From Eledone cirrhosa (lineage: Eukaryota): a stretch of DNA of 53,014 bases. Shown here in pieces: positions 1-13,083 of the stretch. Positions within the stretch are counted from its first letter, which is position 1. Each line of letters starts with the position of its first letter. Both the position numbers and the translations under genes were made by a program. The stretch lies in contig CAXHJY010001153.1 in NCBI GenBank assembly GCA_964016885.1, positions 1 through 53,014 on the forward strand. The letters run 5' to 3'. The notes below the pieces were generated by a model. That model was not told where the DNA came from. It made no database searches and was given only the letters and a program-made list of their open reading frames with translations.

Positions 1-409
1 GGGTCGACACAGTTTCTTCACTGAGAAGTGAAAGACTTAACAGAAGTATTCTACTAATAAAGTCTGTTTAACCTAACAAATCAAACGAATATAAGAGATG
101 TAATAATATACCAGCAGGTCGATTAAGAGGTAAAATTATAAAAGAGAACACTATGTTTCTGAATAAACTCGGAAATAGTATGTTTTGCTTCTTTTTTCAT
201 AAATCTGTAAACAACTTCAGGTTGGTGCTAAGTTGGATGATGGTTTGGGATAGAAAATACAACATTCCAAACAATTAATATTTTAACGATTCTTATAATA
301 ATTTTAGAATTTACCTGATAGAATAAAATCCAATATACAATGTCTAAATCAATGACGTTGTCATGAAAACATGCAGCAACAATACACCCGTGTGAAGAAG
401 GAAGATCCG

Positions 410-567
410 AAAATGGCGGATACTAACTGACCTCTTTCTGATATGTCGTTAGGAAGAGTTTAAAATTATGAACGAGAAAATATTTTCTTTCCTTTCAAAA
501 ATTCTCTATTTGTTTGCTATTGTTATCATTATTAAATAATTTTACATTCCATTTAACTATATATAAT

Positions 568-606
<39 letters not shown>

Positions 607-696
607 GTATGTGTGTGTATATATATGTGCGTGTGTGTATATATATGTGTGTGTGTGTGTGTGTCAACAATGCCTAATCTCACGTGGACGAGAGTG

Positions 697-739
<43 letters not shown>

Positions 740-1051
740 TATATATATACACTACATATATGTGTGTGTGTATAAATATATATATGCTTGCGTATATTTA
801 TAGCTAAATATATATATTTGTAATTTCTTTATAAAAAAAATGTTTTACATTATAAAATCAAGTATCTAATGTAATGTAAAACATATTTATAAATAAGTTT
901 TAGAAAATGATTTGATTTGTTAAGGATAAAACTAGTAGTAATGTTGATGATCTGCTAGACAACTATATAATAATTTCAGACGCATGCGCATAATTAGTAG
1001 AATAAATGTCGTGATAGAGCATTTAAACAGGAAGTCAACTCGGCGCCATTT
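410..1051. promoter_or_regulatory. Candidate (possibly bidirectional) housekeeping-type promoter
   Basis: YY1-like AAAATGGCGG at 410-419, NRF1-like CGCATGCGCA at 981-990, ETS ACAGGAAGT at 1027-1035, YY1-like CGCCATTT at 1044-1051. A minus-strand donor CAG|gtaaat lies at 315/314. Confidence 0.5.
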
Positions 1052-2306
1052 CTTGCGTCATGCTATCAATCTTATTTGACAAAAATATTCTAAAGCAAAA
1101 TGTTTCCCTTCATATTAAATTAAAAATAAATGCAAGCAAATTTTTATCTGGCCACAAATCTTATATTTATTTTTTTGTATGTTGTTAAAAAAATATTGAA
1201 CTATACAATTTATATATAGACAGGATATTATTAGTAACAAATATAACCACCCGTTACACTTAGCGTTGTAGTTAAGACGTTCTTCCTCAGCAAGAGAAGA
1301 TAGTCCTAAAAGAGAAAACTATTGGACACTGCTATCTTACAAGCTATTCGTTGATTTAATGCTTCACTGAGCAAAATTAATATTAATGTCTAGATGCCAG
1401 GCATTAGTTGTTGTGAATATGATTATAATTTTTCGTGTTATTAACCTCGTCTTCGGAGCTCAGAGATGAAACCGATCGAAATATATATTGTAGATGTAAA
1501 TATAACAAACGGTTTCCATTTAAAGATGTGGTCAATAGTTCGAAAATTTATGATTTTAATATTAAATAATGTTTTAGAATAGAGAAAAACATTATAAAAT
1601 TATTTTTTGAGAATTTTCTTTATTGTTGACGAAATTCTGAGTGTAACGCTTAGATATAACTTGTAGATGAATATTTCCTTTTGGTCACTTCACGTGTAAT
1701 GTCTTGGCGTTTTTGTAAATACAAGTACGGAAGATTAACATGTATATAATATCCAAAATACAGTGCAGCAAAGATTAATTCAATACATATAAAAAAAAAA
1801 AGGGTAAACTAATCTTGCAGAATAGGTGCGTAGTTAGGAATGTAAAAACAATAATTGGGTTTTCTATTGCTGAAATGAACAAGTTTCGTTTAGAGTGAAT
1901 ACTTGTTTGGTTTTGTTCTTTTCTTTCCCGTAATACACGTGCTTTTAAAATGAAATTATTTTTTTTTATACACATGTAGCGTTAAATATATTTTGTTTAC
2001 AAAGAAGAAATTTTTATTATAAATGTAAATAAACATTTAGAGATTAAAAAAAAATTTTCAGCGTGGGGTTAAAAAAATGTAGTTTGTAATTATGAATTTT
2101 TAATCCTTGCAAAATATATTTAATGCTTATATGTAAAAATCTCATTTTTTAATTTCATTGTAAATCGCAGAATTATTACGAAAAATACAACAGTTAAATT
2201 AAAAGTATCCAAAATGAAACTTATTTGTTTTAGTAATTCAAGAAAGCCAAGTTTTTATTTTGTTTTATTTTTTATTCCTCAACTACTTACATATTTAGCA
2301 ATATTA

Positions 2307-2403
2307 CAGGTATGGCTGAGTGGTTAAGGAGTTTGCTTCGTAGCCATCTGGTTCCACGTTCAGTCCTGCTGCTTGGCACCTTGGGCAAGTGTTGTCTACT
2401 ATA
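2307..2403 (+). mobile_element. tRNA-derived SINE head
   Basis: A-box-like TGGCTGAGTGGTTAAG, degenerate B box, then ACCTTGGGCAAGTG. Confidence 0.65.
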
Positions 2404-2444
2404 TCTTCAAGTGAAATTACCATTTTCCTAGCAACCAGCTCCTT

Positions 2445-2690
2445 CCATTCCTCTCATCTCTCCTCGTTGTGTGTTGTCCTCCTATCTCTTCCTCCCTCCT
2501 TGTACTGTTCCCTGCAGGACAACTTGGCAAGCCCTGAAGATCTTGTCACGTACCTGTACCATCTCAATTTGCATTATTTCACAATGGTCAGTAGGTCTTT
2601 GTTGGGCCTGATGGCTTGCCAAATTCTGTTTTGCACCTCCTCATTCGAGATGCAGTCTCTGTAGGTGTCTCCTACAAGGACCACATCACC
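2445..2690 (-). mobile_element. Decayed RTE-clade LINE 3' fragment
   Basis: Minus-strand translation includes KLRWYRYVTRSSGLAK followed by a frameshifted (L)QGTVQGGR, typical of RTE ORF C-termini. Confidence 0.6.
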
Positions 2691-3559
2691 ATATGTATCT
2701 ATATGCTTCTAATTCTTGTATACATAATGTAGGGCTTTACAGAACCTATACGTACCAGAATTGTCTTTTAGCTTCCATTTGGCAGCACCAAGATATTGCT
2801 TGAGAAATAAAGAGGAATCAAGGCTTCTAAAATTCAGTAATGTAAATGACCAAACTGTTTGCAATGCTAACTTCAGGAAACCAGCCAGCCACTTAATCAC
2901 CTTACCAACCAGGCGAACACCAGCTATATTGACACCATGCTCATTAGAAAACAGAACAAACCAATGGTTAAAAATAATAATTTTGTGCACAGATAAGACT
3001 GCACCAACATAAATTAGTTATTAGTGACATTAGAATAATAATCAGATAAAATAAGAAATTCAGGACAATCTGGAGAAGGAGGGTATAGAAGCTAAAAGAC
3101 ATTGTTAGCTGGTCAGTCATTTGTGAATTTTATGGTGACACTGTACTCAGGCCTAGAGGGGGTGGGTTCTGCCAGGTTTAAAATGCCCTGAAAACGATGT
3201 ATGCCAATATGGCGCCCTGTTACGGAACCATACATACATATGGTGACACTATTGCTTTCATTAGTGTATTACACCAGCCTAAGGTATCAATTTGGTGTTA
3301 GTTTAATCAGGCTATTAACAGCTTTCATCAAGGATACATCATATTCTCAGCAACATGATACAAAACACTAACTTCATGTCAGCTTGCCCAGTACCCTGAC
3401 AACTTAGCCACAAATCTTTTCAGTATATATATAAAAAGATATCTTTCTCATTATATATAAGATACAAAGCTTTCAGCTTTTGTTTCAATTGCTTTTCACT
3501 TGTTTGATCAACTGAGCTACCTATGTGTTGAATTGACATTTAAATGACTGAGTATTAAG

Positions 3560-4295
3560 CAGTCAATATTTTTAGGAACATGTCCAATGTGTCAAGCTAT
3601 GACCAGTCAGTCTTTTTAGGGACATGTCCAATGTGTCAAGCTATGACCAGTCAGTCTTTTTAGAGACATGTCCAATGTGTCAAGCTATGACCAGTCAGTC
3701 TTTTTAGGGACATGACCAATGTGTCAAGCTATGACCAGTCAGTCTTTTTAGGGACATGTCCAATGTGTCAAGCTATGACCAGTCGGTCTTTTTAGGGACA
3801 TGTCCAATGTGTCAAGCTATGACCAGTCAGTCTTTTTAGGGACATGACCAATGTGTCAAGCTATGACCAGTCAGTCTTTTTAGGGACATGTCCAATGTGT
3901 CAAGCTATGACCAGTCAGTCTTTTTAGGGACATGTCCAATGTGTCAAGCTATGACCAGTCAGTCTTTTTAGGGACATGACCAATGTGTCAAGCTATGACC
4001 AGTCAGTCTTTTTAGGGACATGTCCAATGTGTCAAGCTATGACCAGTCAGTCTTTTTAGGGACATGACCAATGTGTCAAGCTATGACCAGTCAGTCTTTT
4101 TAGGGACATGTCCAATGTGTCAAGCTATGACCAGTCAGTCTTTTTAGGGACATGTCCAATGTGTCAAGCTATGACCAGTCAGTCTTTTTAGGGACATGAC
4201 CAATGTGTCAAGCTATGACCAGTCAGTCTTTTTAAGGATATGTCCAATGTGTCAAGCTATGACCAGTCAGTCTTTTTAGGGTCATGTCCAATGTG
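3560..4295. repeat. 44-bp minisatellite, about 16.5 copies
   Basis: Unit tttttagggacatgtccaatgtgtcaagctatgaccagtcagtc; T>A variant in units 4, 7, 10, 12 and 15. Confidence 0.97.
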
Positions 4296-5148
4296 ACCAG
4301 CCAGTTCTTTACTGTCCAATGTGTTGTGTATTTTTCTTTCCTTTTTATATGTGAGAGCTTGGATGTTTTTTTTTTCTAGCAATTCGAGCAACTTTATTGA
4401 GGCTCCTTTGATTATAATTGTTGATGGTGGTGGTCAGAAGTGACAGTGGTGAGTCTGTTGGTGATGGTTAAGGTAGAGTGGTGAGAGTAGTAGTGTTGGT
4501 TAAGATGGAAGTGGTGGCAGTGGTGAGGGTGGTGGTGGTCAGAGGTAGCAGTGGTGAGTGTGTTAGTGTTAAGGTGGTAATGGCAGTGATGGTGATAGTT
4601 GGTGTTCATGAAAATGATGAGGTTGACGATATCACCACACATGATGAAATAATTAAAAAGGAAAATAATTCTAGGAAGCTTTCAATTAATTTATTTTTTT
4701 CACACTTGAAAAAAAAAACATTTTTAAAACAAGAAAAAAAATCACTGATTGTTGTCACCTTACAAAAAAAAATGTTTTTTAAAGGAAAGAAAAAATATTT
4801 AAAAAGAAAACAAACATTTATATATAAAATCTGTTTATAGGTTAGATTTTTTTTTTATTGATAAAAGAGATAATTAAAAGAAAGAAGCAGCACATTTCTT
4901 AATCAATTTATTTATCTTTAATGATTAATGTTAATAATTTATTTTGAAGTTTAAAAAAATTAAAATAGTACTTCTTCCTTCTCTCCCTCTCTTTATATAT
5001 ATAGTAGTATAGTTAATGTGAAGCATTGTGTGATCTGTAATAAATGACTGATAAGTTTCAGAAAACTGGTACAATGACCTTTATGATATCTAAGACACTT
5101 TTCTGAAATTTATCAGTCATTTATTAGACACACACACACACAGACATA

Positions 5149-5194
<46 letters not shown>

Positions 5195-5197
<3 letters not shown>

Positions 5198-5376
5198 ATT
5201 GTTTCTACTTTAGGCACAAGGCCAGCAATTACCCAGTGCATTACTGGTACTTTATTTTATCGACCCTGTAAGGATGAAAGGCAAAGTCAACCTCGGCGAG
5301 ATTTGAACTCAGATCGTAAAGGAACGTAACTATGCTGGAAAGCATGGCGTCCGACCCTCTACCGATACTGCCAATA
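5195..5376 (-). mobile_element. tRNA-derived SINE (abundant family A)
   Basis: Head TTGGCAGTATCGGTAGAGGGTCGGAC, B box GAGTTCAAATC, core TTTGCCTTTCATCCTTACAGGGTCGATAAAATAAAGTACCAG, tail GGCCTTGTGCCTAAAGTAGAAACAATTA. Many copies in the window. Confidence 0.9.
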
Positions 5377-5558
5377 ATAAATTTGAAGACTAAAATCCAA
5401 AGAGGGCTCGATAAGGATAAATATATATCAAATATATAAGAACCCTAGAGCAAATATTTATTAAAATAACAGATTAAAGTTTAAGCAAAGAATCGCTGCT
5501 TTCACCCTTAACGGGATCTTCGAGCCCTCTTTTGATTTTAGTCTTCATATTTATTATT
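5373..5558. mobile_element. Small element with ~39-bp inverted ends; paralog of 48231-48409
   Basis: Arms 5373-5411 and 5520-5558 are reverse complements with 2 mismatches. About 130 bp of the interior is nearly identical to 48231-48361. Confidence 0.75.
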
Positions 5559-5577
5559 ATTACTATATATATATATA

Positions 5578-5608
<31 letters not shown>

Positions 5609-5811
5609 TGAAAAGATAACAAGGACGATTGGTTACTCCTTCATTACATTTATTGGTAGGTGACGCGCGTTCGCCACTGATCAGCTCAAGGTTCGATCTG
5701 AATCGATCTTACCCGACTCTGTAATCCGCAACTCGACGGATCCCTTAAAATGCTAGATATATATATATATGTATGTATGTATATATATATATATGCACAT
5801 GTATATGATAC

Positions 5812-5977
5812 ACCGTATATACTCGAATATGTGACCAAGAAATCGATGGTAGAAGGAGGAGGTGGGTCATTTGGGGGGCAATATTTTGAGGATTTTCACC
5901 AATCTCAAATTCTGGATTTTTGTCCATTTCTCAGACATAAAATAGTGTGGTCAGCTTATATTTGAGTGTATGTAGTA
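5812..5977. mobile_element. Tc1/mariner-superfamily (Tc2-like) MITE
   Basis: Left end ACCGTATATACTCGAATAT and right end GCTTATATTTGAGTGTATGTAGTA resemble the TACCGTATATACTCGAGTATAAGC-type TIR. A related right end lies at ~8440-8501. Confidence 0.6.
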
Positions 5978-6416
5978 TATGCCTGTAACTCTCAGACATA
6001 AAATAGTGTGGTCAGCTTATATTTGAGTGTATGTAGTATATGCCTGTAACTCTCAGACATAAAATAGTGTGGTCAGCTTATATTTGAGTGTATGTAGTAT
6101 ATGCCTGTAACTCTCAGACATAAAATAGTGTGGTCAGCTTATATTTGAGTGTATGTAGTATATGCCTGTAACTCTCAGACATAAAATAGTGTGGTCAGCT
6201 TATATTTGAGTGTATGTAGTATATGCCTGTAACTCTCAGACATAAAATAGTGTGGTCAGCTTATATTTGAGTGTATGTAGTATATGCCTGTAACTCTCAG
6301 ACATAAAATAGTGTGGTCAGCTTATATTTGAGTGTATGTAGTATATGCCTGTAACTCTCAGACATAAAATAGTGTGGTCAGCTTATATTTGAGTGTATGT
6401 AGTATATGCCTGTAAC
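5929..6416. repeat. 61-bp minisatellite, 8 copies
   Basis: Unit ctctcagacataaaatagtgtggtcagcttatatttgagtgtatgtagtatatgcctgtaa; the copies are essentially identical. Confidence 0.97.
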
Positions 6417-6751
6417 AACAGAACAAATGTTTGATGCAGGAGAAAAACTCGCCTACATTGCCAAAGCATTATAGCTTGCAATGAGAGCTAGATATGACAA
6501 TAAAGACAAAATTAAGTGCTCAAGCAACTACCCCTATCAACTGCTTGGACATCATTTATTCATAGATATGATTTGATGTTTAATATGGAATGAATTTTGC
6601 GTGTATAGGTTGGAATCAAGTCAAATGTAATGTGTAATATATATGATGTTCATTATTCAAACTAAACTAAATGTTCATATGATGATTTGCAGGAAACAGT
6701 GAAATTCCTAGCACAAAACATTTCTGGTAAGTAAAGTCTAGCTTGAAAGGT

Positions 6752-7056
6752 TTAACCCTTTAGCATTTAAACATTATTACATTTGTACATTATTCTATGT
6801 ACTCTACATTCACCCCTGACGAGTTGTAGTGCACCTGAGCACTCTACACAATAATTTCATTACCAAACCAGCCAGAATTCTTTCACCTCTATCTGTTCAA
6901 ACCGGCTGCTCATATTTATGTTAATGTATTGTTCTATAAATAAATAATATCAAAATCTCATAGATTCAATATTATGTGGGATAATTATGTGAGATTAAGC
7001 CTTTACTGCGAAAATACAATAGTAAATATAGAGTAATGTAAATGCTAAAGGGTTAA
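6752..7056. mobile_element. piggyBac-type MITE carrying an inserted CR1-like 3' tail
   Basis: TTAA-CCCTTTAGCATTTA...TAAATGCTAAAGGG-TTAA. The interior ~6775-6862 matches the reverse complement of ~9730-9812. Confidence 0.75.
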
Positions 7057-7734
7057 ACCAGGCAAATAGACCCAATTATAAGGTTTAAGGAATGCTGCAG
7101 TACAAGAAGTTGCCATTGAAGATCACTCAAGTCAACAGCAAAGAATGTTGTTAAAGGGTTGGTACTTATAGCTAAAGATCTGTCAACCTTTGTTGATAAT
7201 CCTAAATAAGAATGACAGGACCTGCTGGAAGGCATGTTTGAGGACTCTGCCCCCACGAATATGTGGGCAAAGAAGCAATATTTCATCAATGCAGGGAGAT
7301 GCCTACACACACATGTCAGTGACACTCCTATATATATAGGATTCTCACTGATGAAGTCAGTACTTATTGGAGCTACTAACTTCTTAGATGGGTGGAGGTT
7401 GCATCTCGCTTACATAAGTTCCCCCATCCTACAGTGTAATGTGTGCAATTTATCATGGCACCAGCACAGAGTGTACTGGGTGCATTTTATTGTGGTTTGT
7501 ATAAACACATATTTATTACTAGAATAACATTATATGTGTTAGTCATTCACCTAATGACTTGAATCTCATGTCTCATTTAAGTGTGTAGATAAGGAGGAGT
7601 TGTTTTCTAGAAATCAAATGATTAATGCTTCCGTTATATTTTACCAGTGTTTGGTGGGTTGCCTTAGTGACAAATACTGTATATACTTGTATATAAGCTG
7701 AGAAATATGACAAAAAAAAAATCAATGGTAAAAT

Positions 7735-7765
<31 letters not shown>

Positions 7766-8011
7766 GGGGTCAGCTTATACTTGCTGATTTTCACCAACTT
7801 CAAATTCTACCTGAATGAGGTGCTAAAATATTTTCACTTTGGGAGTGAATATTACACTGGTTCTACTTTAGAGGTGAATATTACACCGATTTCATTTTGG
7901 AGGTGAAATTTGTTTTGAATGAATATGGCCTTCAAAACAGTTGGAAATTGGTAGAAAAGAAAAAAATCTTTACATAAAGGAGTTGTGAAACAAAAACTAT
8001 ACTCTAAACTT

Positions 8012-8328
8012 TAACCCTCTAGCAATTATCTCTCCTAATCTTGAGCCTATGAGATTTTGATATTACTTATTTTGAGAACAGTTCCTTAACATCAGTATGA
8101 GTGGCTGGTTACAGCTGGTTTGAACAAAAAAAGGTGAGAGAATTCTGGCCGAATTTGGCTGTTTTAACCCTTTAGCATTCACATTATATATACTATTATA
8201 TTTTCACATAGTATGGAAAGTATTTATTTTGAGAACAATACCTTAACATCAGTTTGAGCGACCAGTTACAGCCTGTTTCAACAGAAAGAGGTAGAGAATT
8301 CTGGCCGGTTTGAACATTAAAGGGTTAA
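8012..8328. mobile_element. Two adjacent piggyBac-type MITE copies of the same family
   Basis: TTAACCCT(C/T)TAGCA ends at 8012 and 8164; AAAGGGTTAA at ~8319-8328. The interior is the reverse complement of the 8812 copy. Confidence 0.65.
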
Positions 8329-8811
8329 TATCAAAATATTAAAACTTCATAAATATATTCTCCACTCATGAGAATTTCAAAACTGCACCATTTAAACATA
8401 ATGTGTTGATTAGCTGCCTTGGTTTATAAACAGGGTTTGGATTTTTTTCCATATCCTAGACATAAAATAGGGGGTCAACTTAAATTCGAATATATACAGT
8501 AGTTTCATTTTATTTGCTTTTTTTCCCTAAATTTATATATAAGATGAATAACAATGGTAAAATGTTGAAAGATCAAGTGAGTGAAGTTATGGCAGCAGTT
8601 TACAAGTTCAATGTGTTTCAATAATCAGTAAAGAGAACAAATCTATTGATCCAAGGTGTAATCTTTCTGGATTCAGGAATTAAACGTTGAGTAAACCAAA
8701 ACCAAAACCAATCTAGGGAGTTGCATGAATGTCGGTCCACATGGCATTTAAATAAATACACAAAAGTGATAAAGAAATTTATGAAATGATTAAACAGACG
8801 AGCAAATTGTC

Positions 8812-9007
8812 TTAACCCTTTAGCATTTAAACCGGCCAGAATTCTTTCACCTCTTTCTGTTCAAACCAGCCTCTCGTACTGATGTTATGGTATTGTTCTC
8901 AAAATAAATAATATCAAAATCTCATAGATTCGATATTATGTGAAGTAAAGCCTTTATCATGAAAATACAATACTATATAGAGAGTAATGTAAATGCTAAA
9001 GGATTAA
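8812..9007. mobile_element. piggyBac-type MITE
   Basis: TTAACCCTTTAGCATTTA...TAAATGCTAAAGGATTAA; interior homologous to the 6752 copy. Confidence 0.75.
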
Positions 9008-9724
9008 ATTTCTTCATCAGTCTTATGTGTTTATTATATAAGATAAATCCAATGTGTATAAACTTTACTTCGTTTGATTCTCATGCTTATTATTTCAACA
9101 AGAATCTGTTTGTTAATAATAATATTGGAAAGTACCTTGTATTCCTTGAGAGCTTATTGTCCCAGTTTGTTGAAAGACACTTGTATATGTCTGTTGTTTT
9201 AGTTAACCATTAGGAGCTTTATAAGCAACTGATTCAGTATAGACAACAGGTATAAGCCTTAACATCAAAACAGGATTATGTAACCTATAGGGATAGCTGA
9301 AGAAGTGGCATTGTTTCATGTGTTGTGCCTGTGTCTTATATTTTTCTTCTTCTTGTGCTATATACATGTCATCACAATTGGATGGTAATACATGACCAGT
9401 GACATATCCACATCATTGTATGAGCATCTAATGAAGTCATAACCAAATAACAGAAATATATCATACAATAAAGCAAATATGGTGAAGTAACCTCATCTTA
9501 ACTACTTTTAATTGATATATATATATGTATATTCTTTTGAAATTAAGCTAATTCAGAGTTAACAGTTACAACTCATGTTTTTTTTTATATTTGACTATGA
9601 AAAAGAGGACAGTCACCAACAGGACTTGAACTCACACTCTCCAAATACCTTGCAGATGTGCTACCATTACAACAAAGTGATTCTGACCACGACTTTCCCT
9701 TTTTTAAAGCCTTTTATAAATAAT

Positions 9725-9970
9725 AATAATAATGAAATTATTGTTTACAGTGCTCAGGTGCACTACAACTCGTCAAAGGTGCATGTATAGTACATAGAAT
9801 AATATACAAATGTCAGGGAAGTGAATAGTGTATGAGTCATGATATACATGTGTGCGTGTGTATGGAGGGGGAATATTAGGAGTAGTGTTGGCGAATCTCA
9901 GGAAGCACGGAGGTTTTAAAGGATGCAGTGTCTCGACAGCTAATAACTGATGCAGGTAGTTTTATCATTC
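9725..9970 (-). mobile_element. CR1/L2-like LINE 3' end
   Basis: Encodes LPASVISCRDTASFK (an NxLP...SFK-type CR1 C-terminus), then a 3'UTR ending in (ATT)n. Confidence 0.55.
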
Positions 9971-9971
9971 G

Positions 9972-10520
9972 ACATACTCCTTTTCTACATATTGAGCAAG
10001 GCCACTTCCCTGCTGAGATCAGAGTCTCGTCTTCTTTCCTACTTATTAACAGTTTTGCCAAGTTTACTCTGAGCCCTTTTGATTCTGTTCCACAGATTTA
10101 GCTAGACAGCTAGTATTAAACTTATAGTCTGGAGAAGTTATAATAAACAAAAGTGGGCCGAGGACTTTATCTGTAGCTTCAATTCCTCACTAAACTCATT
10201 ATCCACTCTCACAAACCATTCAACACCCACTTCCCTTAAGGACCACCAAATTACAGATTGTGGTGCTCTGTCAAAGGCCTTCTCTAGATCAACAAAAGCT
10301 AGATATAGGAACATATTTTGTAGTTGTCTAAGAAGGCATCTGCAGTAGTCCTCCCTACCATGAAAACAAACTGCAGCTCATCTAATTTGACACTCTCCCT
10401 AATTAATTAATTGTGTTAGAACTCTTTCTGTTACTTTCATAATTTGGTTCATTAGTTTTATTCCTCTGTAGTTGCTCCTTTCCAAAGCACCACCTTTTCT
10501 CTTGTAGCAATTAATGAATG
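9972..10520 (-). mobile_element. Decayed RTE LINE reverse-transcriptase fragment
   Basis: Translates to NYRGIKLMNQIMKVTERVL, LYLAFVDLEKAFDRAP and GLRVNLAK...KWPCSICRKGV, with deletions and frameshifts. Confidence 0.85.
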
Positions 10521-11437
10521 CATATATATAGAGAGAGATAGGTAGATAGATAGAAATATCAGGATTTTACCAGTTTTAAACTAGTAAGACCATTATTCAG
10601 CAAAGAACTCGATACTTGGGATAATAGAGTGTGAATGTATTAGACAGTTGGGACCAGACAGCAGTGCTTTGGGCATTTCAATAGGACTGGAATTTGCTGT
10701 TGAAACAGCAAGAGCTCAGCCATTGGGCCCCAACTCTCTAATATATATATATATATAGTAAAAAGTTTATGAGACTATATCCATTAGAGTGGAAATAAAA
10801 TATTGAATATTAGTAAAATTTTATACTGAGAGGGAAGATTTAAAAATCAAATTTTCTGTGTGTGAGGAGGTTCTTTTTTTTTTTTTATTCAGAAAAAAAT
10901 CCTGTGACAAAAAAAAAAAAAAAAAAAAAAAAAATCTAAAATAAAAAAACTTACCACTCGTTATTACTCTAAAATGGCAAAGGTGAGGAGGGGGGAACAA
11001 AATGTAAAAAATTATAATTCTGAAACATTTATTTCAGAATCATTAACAATTATTGGTTTTTGCATGGATTTAAAAAAAAAAAAAAAAACCCTTCCAACCA
11101 TTATTTAATGCTTTCTTTTAAAATTGGGCAGGGAAAAAAATCCCTTTTAATCAGAAACTGTTTATGATAGGGGAATTTGCAACTGGAGTACCCTTTTTTT
11201 TTTCATAAATATGTTTTGTTTGTATTTGAAGTATATTTGTGTATTTCATTTAATTGTAACTGAAATATCATACATTTCCAGAAAGTGAAATAATTAATAC
11301 TCTTAAACGTAAAAAAAATATATTTCATATTGATAAAATAAAGTACGAGTGAAGTACTAGGGCTGATTTAATAAAAATTTCCCCATCCCACAAATTGCTG
11401 GCCTTGTGCCTAAATTAGAAACCATTATTAGTAGCGA

Positions 11438-11548
11438 AGATGCATGGCTTAGTGGTTAGAGAATTTGATTCACAACTGTGAGGTTGCGAGTTTTATTCTC
11501 GGACTGGGTGATGCGTTATGTCCTTGAGCAAGACACTATATTTCATGT
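11438..11548 (+). mobile_element. tRNA-derived SINE family B head
   Basis: TGGCTTAGTGGTTAGAG ... GTCCTTGAGCAAGACACT. Confidence 0.7.
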
Positions 11549-13011
11549 GGTTCTTCCTGCCAGGAGTTGTGACTGGTAGAGAGTATCAGCAATGGAAAGA
11601 CCAATAGAAACAGTTGCTGAATCTGTTAGAAACCACAGCCAATCACCCAATAATAACATCCTCATATAACCAAAAAATAATGAATAACAACACAAACATC
11701 CTAGACAACAACAATATGAACAATGATAATAAAAAATAATTCTTATTTGCACCCAAAATAAGCCCCTATGATATACAAACACGAAAAATAAGGTAAAAGA
11801 AATCAAAAACACAAAAATTATTGAACAACACAAACATAGATTTCCATGTAGTAATATTATCTGGTGAGAGAAGGAAGTGAAAAAATAGAGACAGGAAGTA
11901 GAGGTTACAATGAATGTGAGGAGATATTTGTATTTACTTGAAAAGGCTGATAGAGGCATTAAAAATTAACTATAAAAGCTACATTTTTATGAAAATATAT
12001 TAAAATTAGAATGTTAAAGATTTTAGATTGAACAAAAAGGTTGTTTTGAGTTTCAACTACATAGATATATTCATTTATCATGCTTTGTTCCAATATTATA
12101 AGGATGAGAATCACCACTTTTACATCTGCCTTTCCATGCAGAGGATGAATGAGACATTTTGAGGCAAAATTCCATGGCAGAATGCCTTTCATGATGCCAA
12201 CCCGTGCTTGTTTTTTTTTTGTAAGGAAGGTATTTACACATCGGCATACAGAAAAACGTATGTCATAAACAGAATAATTCATTTCAGAGTTTGGTTTCTT
12301 TGCATTAGTAAAACAAATAAAGTCAGAGTAGAGAAGTTTGTTCACTTTTACAAGTCCAGAAATAACATTTAATTAAAATAAAACGTCAAAAAAAAAAAGT
12401 GTTCAACAATCGTTATCATCATCATCATTGTCATCATTTTTATTATTCATTTAAAATCTGAATTTATTTATTCATTGTCTTTATACACTGATTGTAATTA
12501 TTTTCAACAAGATACTTCATTTTGTCCTTTTTTTTTTCATTTTCTTTTTGTTTTCATTTTACATTTAGACATTTCCACTCAGAGCAACACATACCCATAT
12601 CTATACAGTGCTTATATTTATATTGAAAATGTGTAAATTCTGCTGGGGTGGCAATAAAAATAATAAATAAATAAAAATCCACACATACGGAAAAAAAAAA
12701 AATTAAATTAAAATTATAAATTTGAACTGTTTGATAAAGTTAGAGAATAATCAAATTGTCTCATTAGATTATGTAAGGTACGCCATGAAAAATAAGTTCT
12801 TTTTTTTTCTTTCTAAATTTATAAGTACCAGCATTATTGGAGAAATGAAATTAAGGCCACCAAGATATATATATATATACATATATATATATAAATATAT
12901 ATATAAATAAATATATATAAATATATATACATACACACACTCCTTATGTATATAACATATATATCAAACTTCCATTCTTGCATTTTCTGTGTGCATGAGT
13001 ATATATATACA

Positions 13012-13083
<72 letters not shown>

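Noticed and set aside
1290-1345. Hairpin between AGAGAA and ACA suggesting an H/ACA snoRNA
   Set aside because: No convincing 5' hairpin or symmetric pseudouridylation pocket.
2307-2400. tRNA gene candidates at SINE heads
   Set aside because: A/B-box-like motifs only; no cloverleaf, and they continue into SINE bodies.
2709-3012. Overlapping 93-aa and 83-aa ORFs in unique sequence
   Set aside because: No recognisable domain or coherent splice structure.
3560-6416. Regular repeat arrays as CRISPR candidates
   Set aside because: Head-to-tail tandem units with no unique spacers, no cas genes, and a eukaryotic context.
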